This document shows, one piece after another, positions 37,287-46,565 of a stretch of 64,000 bases of DNA. The stretch spans positions 10,707-74,706 of the forward strand of contig MEPB01000025.1 in NCBI GenBank assembly GCA_001769385.1. The letters are read 5' to 3'. The stretch's first letter is position 1, and each line of letters starts with the position of its first letter. Source of the DNA: Bacteroidetes bacterium RIFCSPLOWO2_12_FULL_35_15 (GTDB taxonomy: Bacteria > Bacteroidota > Bacteroidia > 2-12-FULL-35-15). The translations under genes and the position numbers were made by a program. The notes beneath the pieces are model-generated. The model did no database searches and had not been told where the DNA came from. It was given only the letters and a program-made list of their open reading frames with translations.

Positions 37287-39260
37287 ATGAAAAAAATTAC
37301 AATTTTATTTCCTGCGTTATTCATGGGTATTGCCATGTTTGGGCAGACAGGAATGATTGGGGGACAAACAACGGGCAACAATGGTAATGTTGCAAAGCAT
37401 TTTTCTGCCAATACAATTAATCCGACTCACAAAAGTAAGTTTGTAGCAGGTGAGCAATCTCCGGTAGCAACAAAGGTTACCACTAAAGGAAAATCAGTTA
37501 CAGCAGCTCCTTTTTGGACAGATGACTTTTCAACACCTGCAAACTGGAGATTAAACGATCATTTAGGGCCAGATGCATGGACAATTGGTACTGCAGGACC
37601 TGCCGGTGCTTATTGGATTTCAACAATTTTGTCAACAACTGCTGCAAACGGATTTGGATTATTTGATTCAGATAATTTATGTTCAGGAAATCAAGATGCA
37701 AAATTGACGATCGTAAATCCGATTGTTTGTACAGGTCATCCTTATATTGTATTATCATTCCAGCAACAATACAGAAGATGGTACGATAGTACTTATGTTG
37801 AAGTTAGTTCTGATAGTACTACCTGGGCTCAATATGGAGTAAATGTACCATTAGGAAATGGTGATTATTGTCCTGGAAATCCTAACACTGCCAATGTTGA
37901 TATTTCTCCTTCTGCAGGTAATCAAGCTAAAGTTTGGATCAGATTCAGATTTTATAGCCCTTCTTCTTTAGGTGGAAGCGCAGGCTGTGGTTATTCCTGG
38001 ATGGTTGATGATGTGGCCCTTACTGATCAGGCAGCAAACGACCTGGCTTTCTCACAAGCAGCAGTTGGAGGAGATAAAGCAATTGTTAACTTTGGTGATT
38101 GGTGGCAAGGATATTATACTATGTCCCCAAAAGCACAAACTGCACTTTTAACTTTTACAGGATATGCGTCAAACCTTGGATTTGCTGACCAGCATGCAGC
38201 TGTATTAACAGTTGATGTAAATAATGGATCCGGGTCAGTTTTTACTGCTGCCAGCGTAGCTCAAGATCTTGTTGTTCGATCAAATGATTCTTTATTAGTT
38301 GCTTGGGATGGTACATCTGCAACAGAATACACCCCTCCTGTAAATATTATTGCTAATTACACTGCAACGTTTACTCTTTCTCAAACAGAAACAGAACTTG
38401 CAACAGAAATTGGCAACAATACTTCGGTTAAAGCATTTGCGATAACAGATACTGTTTTTGCTCATGATGATGGCACATCAAATACCCGATTGAGTCCAAA
38501 TTTCTATACCGGTGCTGAAACGGATGGTGTTATGGCAGCATCTTATTATTTCTCAGCTAATGATGAAGCTAGTTCAGTTTCAGTTTATATTGCTGACAGA
38601 ACACAAAATGCTGCGACTATTACGGCAGAAATCTATGAACTTGACACGGTAACCGGTTCAACACCCGTTTTGATAGCGCTTTCAGATCCTTACGATGTGG
38701 ATTCACTTAATGATGTGAATAAATGGAAAACATTATCTGTAAAAACTCCGGGAACACCTATTGTTTTGCATGGAAACTACACATATTATGCAGCAATTCA
38801 TGCAACTGGCGTTGATGCAAATGCAACTCCGGCAACTTATGTTGCAATAGGCGGAGATCAATCTACCTACCAACCAGACGCAGTTAACTGGGTATTTGTA
38901 TCGCCAGACTGGGGATGGATTTCCGGTGGTCAACCAATGATCAGATTAAACACAGTATCTCAAACTATTGGTGTTAATGAAATTGCAAAAAATAGCGGAG
39001 CAAGCATTTCTCAAAACATGCCAAATCCTACCAATGGTATTTCTGTAATTAATTACGAATTGGAAAAGAATGCAAAAGTAGCCTTATCTGTATTTGATAT
39101 CACAGGTAAAAAAGTGGCAACACAAAATATTGGCGAACAAAATGCCGGTAAGCATTCAATTAATTTTAATTCAGCGAACCTTGCTGCCGGAGTTTACACA
39201 TACTCTTTAACAGTAGGAAATAATACAACTTCAACAATGAAAATGGTTGTAATAAAATAA
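37287..39260 (+). CDS. secreted protein with N-terminal jelly-roll (MAM/choice-of-anchor-J-like) region and T9SS C-terminal sorting domain
   Basis: Signal peptide; W..DF...W...D motif; ...GYSWMVDDVAL. C-terminal NPTNG...ALSVFDITGKKV...AGVYTYSL...MKMVVIK is a type-A Por/T9SS CTD. Confidence 0.85.
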   Translation: MKKITILFPALFMGIAMFGQTGMIGGQTTGNNGNVAKHFSANTINPTHKSKFVAGEQSPVATKVTTKGKSVTAAPFWTDDFSTPANWRLNDHLGPDAWTIGTAGPAGAYWISTILSTTAANGFGLFDSDNLCSGNQDAKLTIVNPIVCTGHPYIVLSFQQQYRRWYDSTYVEVSSDSTTWAQYGVNVPLGNGDYCPGNPNTANVDISPSAGNQAKVWIRFRFYSPSSLGGSAGCGYSWMVDDVALTDQAANDLAFSQAAVGGDKAIVNFGDWWQGYYTMSPKAQTALLTFTGYASNLGFADQHAAVLTVDVNNGSGSVFTAASVAQDLVVRSNDSLLVAWDGTSATEYTPPVNIIANYTATFTLSQTETELATEIGNNTSVKAFAITDTVFAHDDGTSNTRLSPNFYTGAETDGVMAASYYFSANDEASSVSVYIADRTQNAATITAEIYELDTVTGSTPVLIALSDPYDVDSLNDVNKWKTLSVKTPGTPIVLHGNYTYYAAIHATGVDANATPATYVAIGGDQSTYQPDAVNWVFVSPDWGWISGGQPMIRLNTVSQTIGVNEIAKNSGASISQNMPNPTNGISVINYELEKNAKVALSVFDITGKKVATQNIGEQNAGKHSINFNSANLAAGVYTYSLTVGNNTTSTMKMVVIK

Positions 39261-39283
39261 TAAAAAATTCATTTAATTTTTTT

Positions 39284-39320
39284 GAAAGCCCGTAATTTAT
39301 TAGGGGCTTTCTTATTTTTT
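39284..39320 (+). terminator. intrinsic terminator after the first T9SS paralog
   Basis: GAAAGCCC-gtaatttatta-GGGGCTTTC then TTATTTTTT. Confidence 0.75.
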
Positions 39321-39401
39321 AATAATTATGGTATAAAATTTTAGGAACAAATTATCTACCTTTAGCTTTTTAATAATAATTAATCACAAAAAATAAAGCA
39401 A

Positions 39402-41294
39402 ATGAAAAACATTTATCTTTTAACACTTTCGTTATTTGTGTCTATAGGAGTGTGGGCTCAAAAAAGCGTTACTATGAACGCAGCGAATGAAAAAATGACA
39501 CAAGCTTCTACGCAACAAGTGTCAACTACTCCGCAAACGAATAACCTGCGAGCACCTTTTGATGTGATTTGGTCACAAGATTTCGGAACAACAACAAATG
39601 GTGGAATTCCCACAGGCTGGACACAATCCGGAGCAAACCAGGTTTGGAAAAAAACCTATATTGGTTCAACAGGATTATATGGATCTTCATCAGTTACATT
39701 AAATTCAACCACAAAAACAAATGGAGTTTTAATTTTTGATGCCGATTCGTTAAATAAATCAATTGATCCTACTGGTGCTGCATATTCCGCAAAATCGGGT
39801 GAAGTAATAAGTGATACGATTGATCTTACCGGAAAACCGAATGTAAGATTAGAATTTCAACAACTTTTTAGATTATGTTGTTCACCAACTACAACTTTTT
39901 TAACTGTTTCTGTTAGCGCTAACGGTGGTACAACATGGACTGATTATGATGCGAAAGGGATAGTAGCAATAAACTCGTATAGTGCAAATCCCGGGAAAGT
40001 TTCTATTAATATAAGTGCTGTTGCCGGTAATTCTAGTACTGTGCAAGTGAAGTTCAAATTTGATAGTGACCTTGGCGTTTATTTTTGGCAAATTGATGAT
40101 GTTCAAATAATTGAAGGCCCTTTAAATGATGTGAAGTTAGAGCGTGTTTATACAGATTTTAGTTATGACGATGGCGGTTATTATACACAAACTCCGGTTA
40201 GCCAGGTAGCCCCTATAACTTTTAGAGGTGCTGTTTTAAATGACGGATTTGTTGCACAAACTTCTGTGAACATGAATGTAAACATTACCGGTGCCGGTAC
40301 TTATAGCCAAGCTAGTAATACAATAACTTCAATGCCTTTATATGGAAGAGATACTTTGGCAATCCCTGCTCCTGGATTTACTCCGGCTGCAGTAGGAACT
40401 TATACTGCGGTATATACTGTTTCTCAAACGGAAGCAGATGAATTGATATCAAATAATTCAATGACCAGAACATTTAAAGTTTCTGATACCGTATATTCAA
40501 GAGACAATGGTCTTATTGGAACAGGCATAACTTCTTCATTAAGTCCTTCCGACTATGTTGGAGGTGATGTGGATGGATCAGTTATAGCAACTCTATATGA
40601 ATTCCCGGCAGCTACAACTATTACATCGGCATCAGCCTACATTGCCACCACTACACAAATAGGTGCTTCTTGCGAATTTGTTTTGTATTATATTGATCCT
40701 GCGAATGGTAATTTTAATGAAATTGTAGCTACTGATATTTATGATGTTACGAGTAATGCAAAAAAAGGAAAATGGGTGACTATGCCTTTCCTTGCAGGTA
40801 CATATCCTGTTGCAGCAGGAGATTCATATCTTATTGGTGTGAGAATTTCAGGTGCCCCTACTTTTGATCTTGATATTTTAAATGACATTGCATTAGAAGG
40901 AGTTCAGCCGGAACAAACCACGTTTATGGATGCTGGAGGAACAGGGAACTGGGGATACATCCTAAAAGCTCCTTTCATCCATTTGAATGTTGCAGCTATT
41001 GATGCAAGCATAAATGAAAATAATGCACAAAATGCAATCTTAAAACAGAATATTCCAAATCCTGCTTTGGGAACTACTTCAATTAACTTTGAATTAGTAA
41101 AAGCAAGTACTGTTTCTTTATCTGTTTACGATGTAACAGGTAAATTAATGAAAACAATCAATGAAGGTAATTTACCTTTAGGTATGCACACAATAAATGT
41201 TGAAACAGCAACTCTTGATGCCGGTGTTTATTTTTATACTTTATCAGTAGGAGATGAGCAAATGACAAAGAAAATGACAGTAATGAAAAACTAA
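39402..41294 (+). CDS. paralogous secreted protein with T9SS C-terminal sorting domain
   Basis: Same architecture as 37287..39260 (WSQDFG..GW, FWQIDDVQII, YTAVYTVSQTE, CTD ...LSVYDVTGKLM...AGVYFYTLSVG...MTVMK). Confidence 0.85.
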   Translation: MKNIYLLTLSLFVSIGVWAQKSVTMNAANEKMTQASTQQVSTTPQTNNLRAPFDVIWSQDFGTTTNGGIPTGWTQSGANQVWKKTYIGSTGLYGSSSVTLNSTTKTNGVLIFDADSLNKSIDPTGAAYSAKSGEVISDTIDLTGKPNVRLEFQQLFRLCCSPTTTFLTVSVSANGGTTWTDYDAKGIVAINSYSANPGKVSINISAVAGNSSTVQVKFKFDSDLGVYFWQIDDVQIIEGPLNDVKLERVYTDFSYDDGGYYTQTPVSQVAPITFRGAVLNDGFVAQTSVNMNVNITGAGTYSQASNTITSMPLYGRDTLAIPAPGFTPAAVGTYTAVYTVSQTEADELISNNSMTRTFKVSDTVYSRDNGLIGTGITSSLSPSDYVGGDVDGSVIATLYEFPAATTITSASAYIATTTQIGASCEFVLYYIDPANGNFNEIVATDIYDVTSNAKKGKWVTMPFLAGTYPVAAGDSYLIGVRISGAPTFDLDILNDIALEGVQPEQTTFMDAGGTGNWGYILKAPFIHLNVAAIDASINENNAQNAILKQNIPNPALGTTSINFELVKASTVSLSVYDVTGKLMKTINEGNLPLGMHTINVETATLDAGVYFYTLSVGDEQMTKKMTVMKN

Positions 41295-41314
41295 TAATTC
41301 AGCATTAAACAAAA

Positions 41315-41345
41315 ACGAGCTCGCCATTTTGGTGAGCTCGTTTTA
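41315..41345. terminator. bidirectional intrinsic terminator between the second T9SS paralog and mlaF-like gene
   Basis: ACGAGCTC-gccattttggt-GAGCTCGT with an upstream A-run and a downstream TTTTATTT. Confidence 0.75.
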
Positions 41346-41364
41346 TTTATACTCAAATTTTTTA

Positions 41365-42117
41365 TTAAAATTTAGATTTCAGATCTTTCATAAATTTTGT
41401 AGCATACACAAAATCACACACCTCTTTATTATCTGTTTTCAGGATCTCTTCTTTACTGCCTTCCCACCATTTTTCACCTTTGTAAATAAACATGATATTA
41501 TCTCCTATTTCAATTACCGAATTCATATCATGAGTAATAACTATTGTTGTAATATTATATTCTTCTGTAATTTCTTTAATTAAATTATCAATTACGATAG
41601 ATGTTTTTGGGTCAAGGCCGGAGTTGGGTTCATCACAAAATAAATATTTTGGCTGTACCGCAATTGCACGTGCAATAGCAACACGTTTTTTCATTCCCCC
41701 GCTTAATTCAGAAGGGAATAAATTATTCGCATTTTCCAGATTTACACGTTGTAAACAAAAATTTGCACGGTCGCGTTTTTCACTTTCAGAGAGATCAGTG
41801 AACATGGAAAGAGGAAATACCACATTTTCTTCTGCCGTTTTTGAATCGAACAATGCTCCACCTTGAAATAGCATCCCGATTTCTTTTCGAATTTCTTTTT
41901 TTTCTTTAAAATTTAATTTATAAAAATTACGATTGTCAAATAAAACCTCTCCTGAATCTACTTCATTTAAACCTACCATGCATTTTAGTAACGTAGTTTT
42001 TCCTGATCCGCTTTCTCCGATGATCATATTTGTTTTCCCGACCTCAAAAGTGAAGGAAATGTCTTTGATGACAGGCCGTTCGAAAAATGATTTTGATATG
42101 TTATTTATCCGGATCAA
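41365..42117 (-). CDS. ABC transporter ATP-binding protein (MlaF-like)
   Basis: Walker A GESGSGKTT, signature LSGGMKKRVAIARA, Walker B LFCDEP; overlaps the permease gene by 4 nt. Confidence 0.9.
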   Translation of the reverse strand: MIRINNISKSFFERPVIKDISFTFEVGKTNMIIGESGSGKTTLLKCMVGLNEVDSGEVLFDNRNFYKLNFKEKKEIRKEIGMLFQGGALFDSKTAEENVVFPLSMFTDLSESEKRDRANFCLQRVNLENANNLFPSELSGGMKKRVAIARAIAVQPKYLFCDEPNSGLDPKTSIVIDNLIKEITEEYNITTIVITHDMNSVIEIGDNIMFIYKGEKWWEGSKEEILKTDNKEVCDFVYATKFMKDLKSKF

Positions 42118-42854
42118 GCTAATAATAGTTGAGTTAAAATTAAATCGAATGCAAGAATAAGAACACTGGTGTAAACAACACCTTTTGTGCTTGAGCGACC
42201 AACTTCCAATGCTCCTCCATTTGTATAATACCCGTGGTATGCAGGTACCGATGCTATTAAAAAAGCAAATACGGCTGATTTAATAAGAGCATATACCACA
42301 TTGTAAGGCCTGAAATCATGAGTGATTCCTTCAATAAATTGGTTGTCGGAAACAACTCCGGCAATTACGCCAAAAATATAGCCGCCAAAAATGCCCAGAA
42401 ACATGGAGAATATAATAAGAATAGGATTGAAAAGTACAGATGCAATTATTTTTGGTTGGATCAAATATCCTGCAGAGTTAACGCCCATAATTTCCAGGGC
42501 ATCTATTTGTTCAGTAACTCGCATTGTTCCTATTTCGGAAGCGATACTGGAGCCGACTTTTCCTGCTAAAATTAAACTAACTATTGCAGGCGAAAATTCT
42601 AAGATCATGGAGTCGCGTACCGCTACACCAATTGCATAGGTGGGCACTAAAGGATTTTCGAAGTTAAAAGCAGATTGGATGGTAATTACCGCACCCATAA
42701 AAACAGAGATAATAGCAACAATGCCCAGGGAATTGACCCCTAAAATAGTTATCTCCTCAAAAATACGGTTGCGGAATATCGAAAGCTTTTCCGGTTTACC
42801 GAAGGAACGCTTCATTAACATGAAATACCTGCCGAAATGAAAAAAGATCTTCAT
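42114..42854 (-). CDS. MlaE-family ABC transporter permease
   Basis: 246 aa; ...GAVITIQSA........VG..V..S...E..P....L..AG..GS..ASEIGTMRVTEQIDALE.MG pattern of MlaE/Ttg2B permeases. Confidence 0.9.
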   Translation of the reverse strand: MKIFFHFGRYFMLMKRSFGKPEKLSIFRNRIFEEITILGVNSLGIVAIISVFMGAVITIQSAFNFENPLVPTYAIGVAVRDSMILEFSPAIVSLILAGKVGSSIASEIGTMRVTEQIDALEIMGVNSAGYLIQPKIIASVLFNPILIIFSMFLGIFGGYIFGVIAGVVSDNQFIEGITHDFRPYNVVYALIKSAVFAFLIASVPAYHGYYTNGGALEVGRSSTKGVVYTSVLILAFDLILTQLLLA

Positions 42855-43038
42855 CTAATAGCTTAATTTTGGTTAAAAGTAAGAATAATTTGTATAATTC
42901 GGTTATCTCTGTTTATTACGAATTTTCTAATTGCCAATACATGTTTCTTTATTCGGAATTTATGTATTTGGAATTTGCCAGGAGTTTTATTTGTAATTCG
43001 GCTATTCGTAATTAGTAGGTTAAATAGTGACAAAATCG

Positions 43039-43046
43039 TATATTTG
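43039..43046 (+). promoter_or_regulatory. Bacteroidota -7 box (TATATTTG) upstream of the small Cys-rich gene/feo operon
   Basis: TAnnTTTG match 20 nt upstream of the ATG at 43066. A second match, TACCTTTG, lies at 43305..43312 just before feoA. Confidence 0.4.
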
Positions 43047-43065
43047 TTATGTAATACAATTAGAT

Positions 43066-43224
43066 ATGCAAGCAAGATCAACTAAATTTTTTTCATTTGG
43101 AATTTTATTCCTTGTAATTTTTTTGTTTTCAGGATGTTTTATGTTTCATAAAAAGAACCGCTGTGGCGATTGTCCGAAATGGAATAAAATAGAAATACCT
43201 CCATCTGTTTTAAAACAAGTATAA
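43066..43224 (+). CDS. small Cys-rich membrane/lipoprotein upstream of feoAB
   Basis: 52 aa from the ATG at 43066: one hydrophobic helix with lipobox-like LFSGC, then HKKNRCGDCPKW. TATATTTG box 20 nt upstream. Confidence 0.4.
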   Translation: MQARSTKFFSFGILFLVIFLFSGCFMFHKKNRCGDCPKWNKIEIPPSVLKQV

Positions 43225-43320
43225 AAATTCATTAAATCATCAATTCTATCTAAAATACCCTCTTTTAGGTATTGCTGCCATTTCGTGATGGTATAAATTA
43301 GGCGTACCTTTGCTATCATA

Positions 43321-43566
43321 ATGAAAACAGGCTTGAAAAATTTATCTCAATTAAAAATAGGTCAAAGCGCAATTATCGATTCTTTTACTGATAAGGATAT
43401 GGCGCTTAAGCTACTCGAAATGGGCTGTACGCCCGGTGAAGTTGTTAAACTGGATTGTATTGCACCTCTGGGGGATCCAATAGCCATTTTTGTTTCCGGA
43501 TATTTATTAAGTTTGCGAAAAGCAGAAGCTTCAACTGTACTTGTTTCAGTAATAGCAACTAAATAA
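43321..43566 (+). CDS. feoA: FeoA-family ferrous iron transport protein
   Basis: 81 aa SH3-like FeoA pattern (L..L..G....I........L..LGC.PG..V......P.GDP) directly upstream of feoB. Confidence 0.85.
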   Translation: MKTGLKNLSQLKIGQSAIIDSFTDKDMALKLLEMGCTPGEVVKLDCIAPLGDPIAIFVSGYLLSLRKAEASTVLVSVIATK

Positions 43567-43575
43567 TTTAATATT

Positions 43576-45729
43576 TTGGAAGCGAATCAGTCTTTTATTC
43601 ATCTTTCCGAAAAACCCTATATAAAAGTTGCTTTAGTCGGAAATCCTAACTGTGGCAAATCCACTTTATTCAATGCCCTTACCGGTTTGCATCAAAAAAC
43701 AGGCAATTTCCCCGGAGTAACCGTTGATAAAAAAATAGGCTATTCAAAATTAAACACTCTCGTTACTGCCGAATTTATCGATTTGCCGGGTACTTATAGT
43801 CTGTATCCAAAATCAATTGATGAACAGGTGGCTTTTGAAGTGCTTTGTAATCCTGATAATGAGAACCATCCTGATGTTACCATAGTTGTTGCTGATGCAA
43901 GTAACTTAAAAAGAAATTTGTTTTTAGTTTCACAGATCATTGATTTAAAAATTCCGGTCATTCTTGCATTGAATATGATGGATTTAGTGGAGAAAGAGGG
44001 GGTTGTGATTGATGCTGTCCGGCTTTCTGAAAGACTCGGAGTAAAAGTAGTTGCGATAAGTGCACGAAAAAAAGAAGGAATCGAGCACTTGAAAAATATT
44101 TTATTGGAACCGTTGCCTATTCCCCAATATGATTTTATTGATGTAAAAAAAATCGCTCCTGAACTAGTCGAAAAAATAAGAGCCATAATAAAATTAAATA
44201 GTGATTTTGCCGCTTTTCAAACCATTAGCAATTTTTCGAATATTCAATATTTTGATAATCATCCGGAGAAAAAGCAAAAATTAGCAACACTTTTTAAGTC
44301 CGTTTCGATAGACTATAATAGCTTGCAGACGGAAGAAAGTGTTGAGCGCTATAAACTGATCAACCGCATAACCACTGAGTGTATTACCCATCGTTCAGCA
44401 ATACAAACAGAATCATTCACTCATAAGTTGGATAGTGTGTTAACCCATCGGATCTGGGGCTATGCCATTTTTTTAATCATTTTATTTTTTATTTTTCAAA
44501 CTATATTTTTTGTTGCTGCCTATCCAATGGAATGGATCGAGAGTTTATTTACATCTATTGCAGGTTGGGCATCACAAACTCTTCCGGCAGGAGAACTTAC
44601 TAATTTGTTTGTTAATGGAATATTAGCCGGATTAAGCGGTGTAGTTATTTTTGTTCCACAAATTGCTTTGTTATTTGCTTTCATCGGAATACTTGAAGAT
44701 ACCGGTTACATGACCCGTGTAAGTTTTATTATGGATAAACTGATGCGAAGATTCGGACTCAATGGTCGTTCGGTAATTCCTTTAATCAGTGGTGTAGCAT
44801 GTGCTGTTCCTGCAATTATGAGTACCCGCACCATCAGCAGTTGGAAGGAACGGATCATTTCCATCATGGTAACTCCATTGATGAGTTGTTCTGCACGTTT
44901 ACCGGTTTATACCTTATTGATTTCTTTAGTTGTTCCATCAGCAAAAACATCCGGTTTTTTTAATTATCAGGGGCTTATTTTAATGAGCCTTTACCTAATC
45001 GGATTTATAGCAGCCATTACCGCTGCCTGGGTAATGAAATGGATCTTAAAAGCGCGTGAAAAAAGTTATTTTATTATGGAACTCCCGGTATATCGTACTC
45101 CACAATGGCGTACGGTAGGATTAACGATCTATGATAAAGTAAAAATATTTTTATGGGATGCGGGAAAAATAATCGTAGCAATTTCTGTTATACTTTGGTT
45201 TTTATCATCACATGCACCCGGGAATAAATTTCAAGACATAGAAAATAAATATCAAAGTTCAATTTTGACAAAGGATCATTCGATAGAGGGTGTGGCCTTG
45301 CAATCAAAAATTGCATCTGAAAAGTTAGAAGCTTCGTATGCCGGAATCCTTGGGAAATTTATTGAACCGGCAATTGCCCCATTAGGTTTCGACTGGAAGA
45401 TTGGTATTGCTTTGGTTACCTCTTTTGCTGCACGAGAAGTGTTTGTTGGTACGATGGCAACAATTTATAGTGCGGGAAGTACAGATAATACACAATCGAT
45501 CCGGGATAAAATGCATGCTGAGGTGGATGAACAAACGGGTTTGCCAAAGTTTACCATGGCGGTAGGATTTTCTCTTCTTATATTTTATGCATTCGCCATG
45601 CAGTGTGTGAGTACACTTGCGGTGGTTTACAGAGAAACAAAAAGTTGGAAGTGGCCGGTGATCCAATTTACTTATATGAGTGTATTAGCTTATGTTTCCA
45701 GTTTTATTGTTTATCATTTATTAAAATAA
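43576..45729 (+). CDS. feoB: ferrous iron transporter FeoB
   Basis: N-terminal G-domain VALVGNPNCGKSTLFNALTG, DLPGTYSL, then a polytopic gate-domain membrane region; TTG start at 43576. Confidence 0.95.
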   Translation: MEANQSFIHLSEKPYIKVALVGNPNCGKSTLFNALTGLHQKTGNFPGVTVDKKIGYSKLNTLVTAEFIDLPGTYSLYPKSIDEQVAFEVLCNPDNENHPDVTIVVADASNLKRNLFLVSQIIDLKIPVILALNMMDLVEKEGVVIDAVRLSERLGVKVVAISARKKEGIEHLKNILLEPLPIPQYDFIDVKKIAPELVEKIRAIIKLNSDFAAFQTISNFSNIQYFDNHPEKKQKLATLFKSVSIDYNSLQTEESVERYKLINRITTECITHRSAIQTESFTHKLDSVLTHRIWGYAIFLIILFFIFQTIFFVAAYPMEWIESLFTSIAGWASQTLPAGELTNLFVNGILAGLSGVVIFVPQIALLFAFIGILEDTGYMTRVSFIMDKLMRRFGLNGRSVIPLISGVACAVPAIMSTRTISSWKERIISIMVTPLMSCSARLPVYTLLISLVVPSAKTSGFFNYQGLILMSLYLIGFIAAITAAWVMKWILKAREKSYFIMELPVYRTPQWRTVGLTIYDKVKIFLWDAGKIIVAISVILWFLSSHAPGNKFQDIENKYQSSILTKDHSIEGVALQSKIASEKLEASYAGILGKFIEPAIAPLGFDWKIGIALVTSFAAREVFVGTMATIYSAGSTDNTQSIRDKMHAEVDEQTGLPKFTMAVGFSLLIFYAFAMQCVSTLAVVYRETKSWKWPVIQFTYMSVLAYVSSFIVYHLLK

Positions 45730-45820
45730 AATTGTTCAACCTTCATTTGTTTACTTGTTCATTTGTATTTTTACAACAAGTGTTTGCAGCACATCAGTGA
45801 ACCTATGAACAAATAAACCA

Positions 45821-46444
45821 ATGAACCAATCAGAACGAAATCAATCCATCCTTCATAAATACATTCCTGAAAAGGCTGTCCCTACTATTTCGGAATGGGT
45901 ATTTAAATTTGATTTTAAATTACGGATCAAAAAAAGCAGATCCACCAAATTAGGGGATTATCGTCCACCTTTTAAGGGGCAAAATCACCTGATCACCATC
46001 AATTATGATATGAATAAGTATGCATTTTTGATCACGCTTATTCATGAGGTAGCACATTTGTCGAACTGGAACAAACACAAGGACACTGTAAAGCCACATG
46101 GTGAAGAATGGAAAATTCATTATAAATTATTAATGCAGCAATTTTTAATCCCGGATGTCTTTCCGAACGATGTTATTATTGCGTTGCGAAAATATATGAA
46201 TAATCCGGCAGCATCCTCTTGTTCAGATACAAACTTATTGCGTGTGTTAAAACGGTATGATGAAAAACAAAACACCGTTATGCTGGAAGATTTAAAAGAA
46301 GGAAGTACTTTTTCATACAATGAAGATCGTTTGTTTATAAAAGGAGAAAAAGGACGTAAACGTTTTAAATGTAAGGAGATAAGCAGCAAACGCATGTATT
46401 TATTTAACCCGCTTACGGAAGTGGTAGAAATCAATGTTTCATGA
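45821..46444 (+). CDS. SprT-like zinc metalloprotease domain protein
   Basis: LIHEVAHL (HExxH) with downstream H..EW; 207 aa. Confidence 0.8.
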   Translation: MNQSERNQSILHKYIPEKAVPTISEWVFKFDFKLRIKKSRSTKLGDYRPPFKGQNHLITINYDMNKYAFLITLIHEVAHLSNWNKHKDTVKPHGEEWKIHYKLLMQQFLIPDVFPNDVIIALRKYMNNPAASSCSDTNLLRVLKRYDEKQNTVMLEDLKEGSTFSYNEDRLFIKGEKGRKRFKCKEISSKRMYLFNPLTEVVEINVS

Positions 46445-46565
46445 TTTCAAAAAGTTCCTTAAAAAAAGGATAACAATTAATCAACAAAATGCTTCAACTA
46501 CAAGGTTTTTATTAAATTTGTTATCCATTAAAAAAGCATTTTATTTAAATTTAAAATAGATTACC

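Noticed and set aside
41365-42854. Mla-like ABC pair lacking an adjacent MlaD/MCE gene, considered as an anomaly.
   Set aside because: The gene downstream is a convergent T9SS cargo gene behind a bidirectional terminator. An MCE component encoded elsewhere is common, so this is not evidence of anything unusual.
42863-43081. 72-aa minus-strand ORF in the mlaE-feo spacer.
   Set aside because: It is built from degenerate ATTCG(G/T)AAT-type word repeats (similar words occur at 47871..47960). The composition is low-complexity, and it overlaps the better-supported small plus-strand gene and its promoter.
43225-43320. Possible Fur box in front of feoA (AATTCATTAAATCATCAATT).
   Set aside because: It bears only a weak resemblance to the GATAATGATAATCATTATC consensus, and the dyad symmetry is poor. 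It cannot be supported without a position weight matrix scan.
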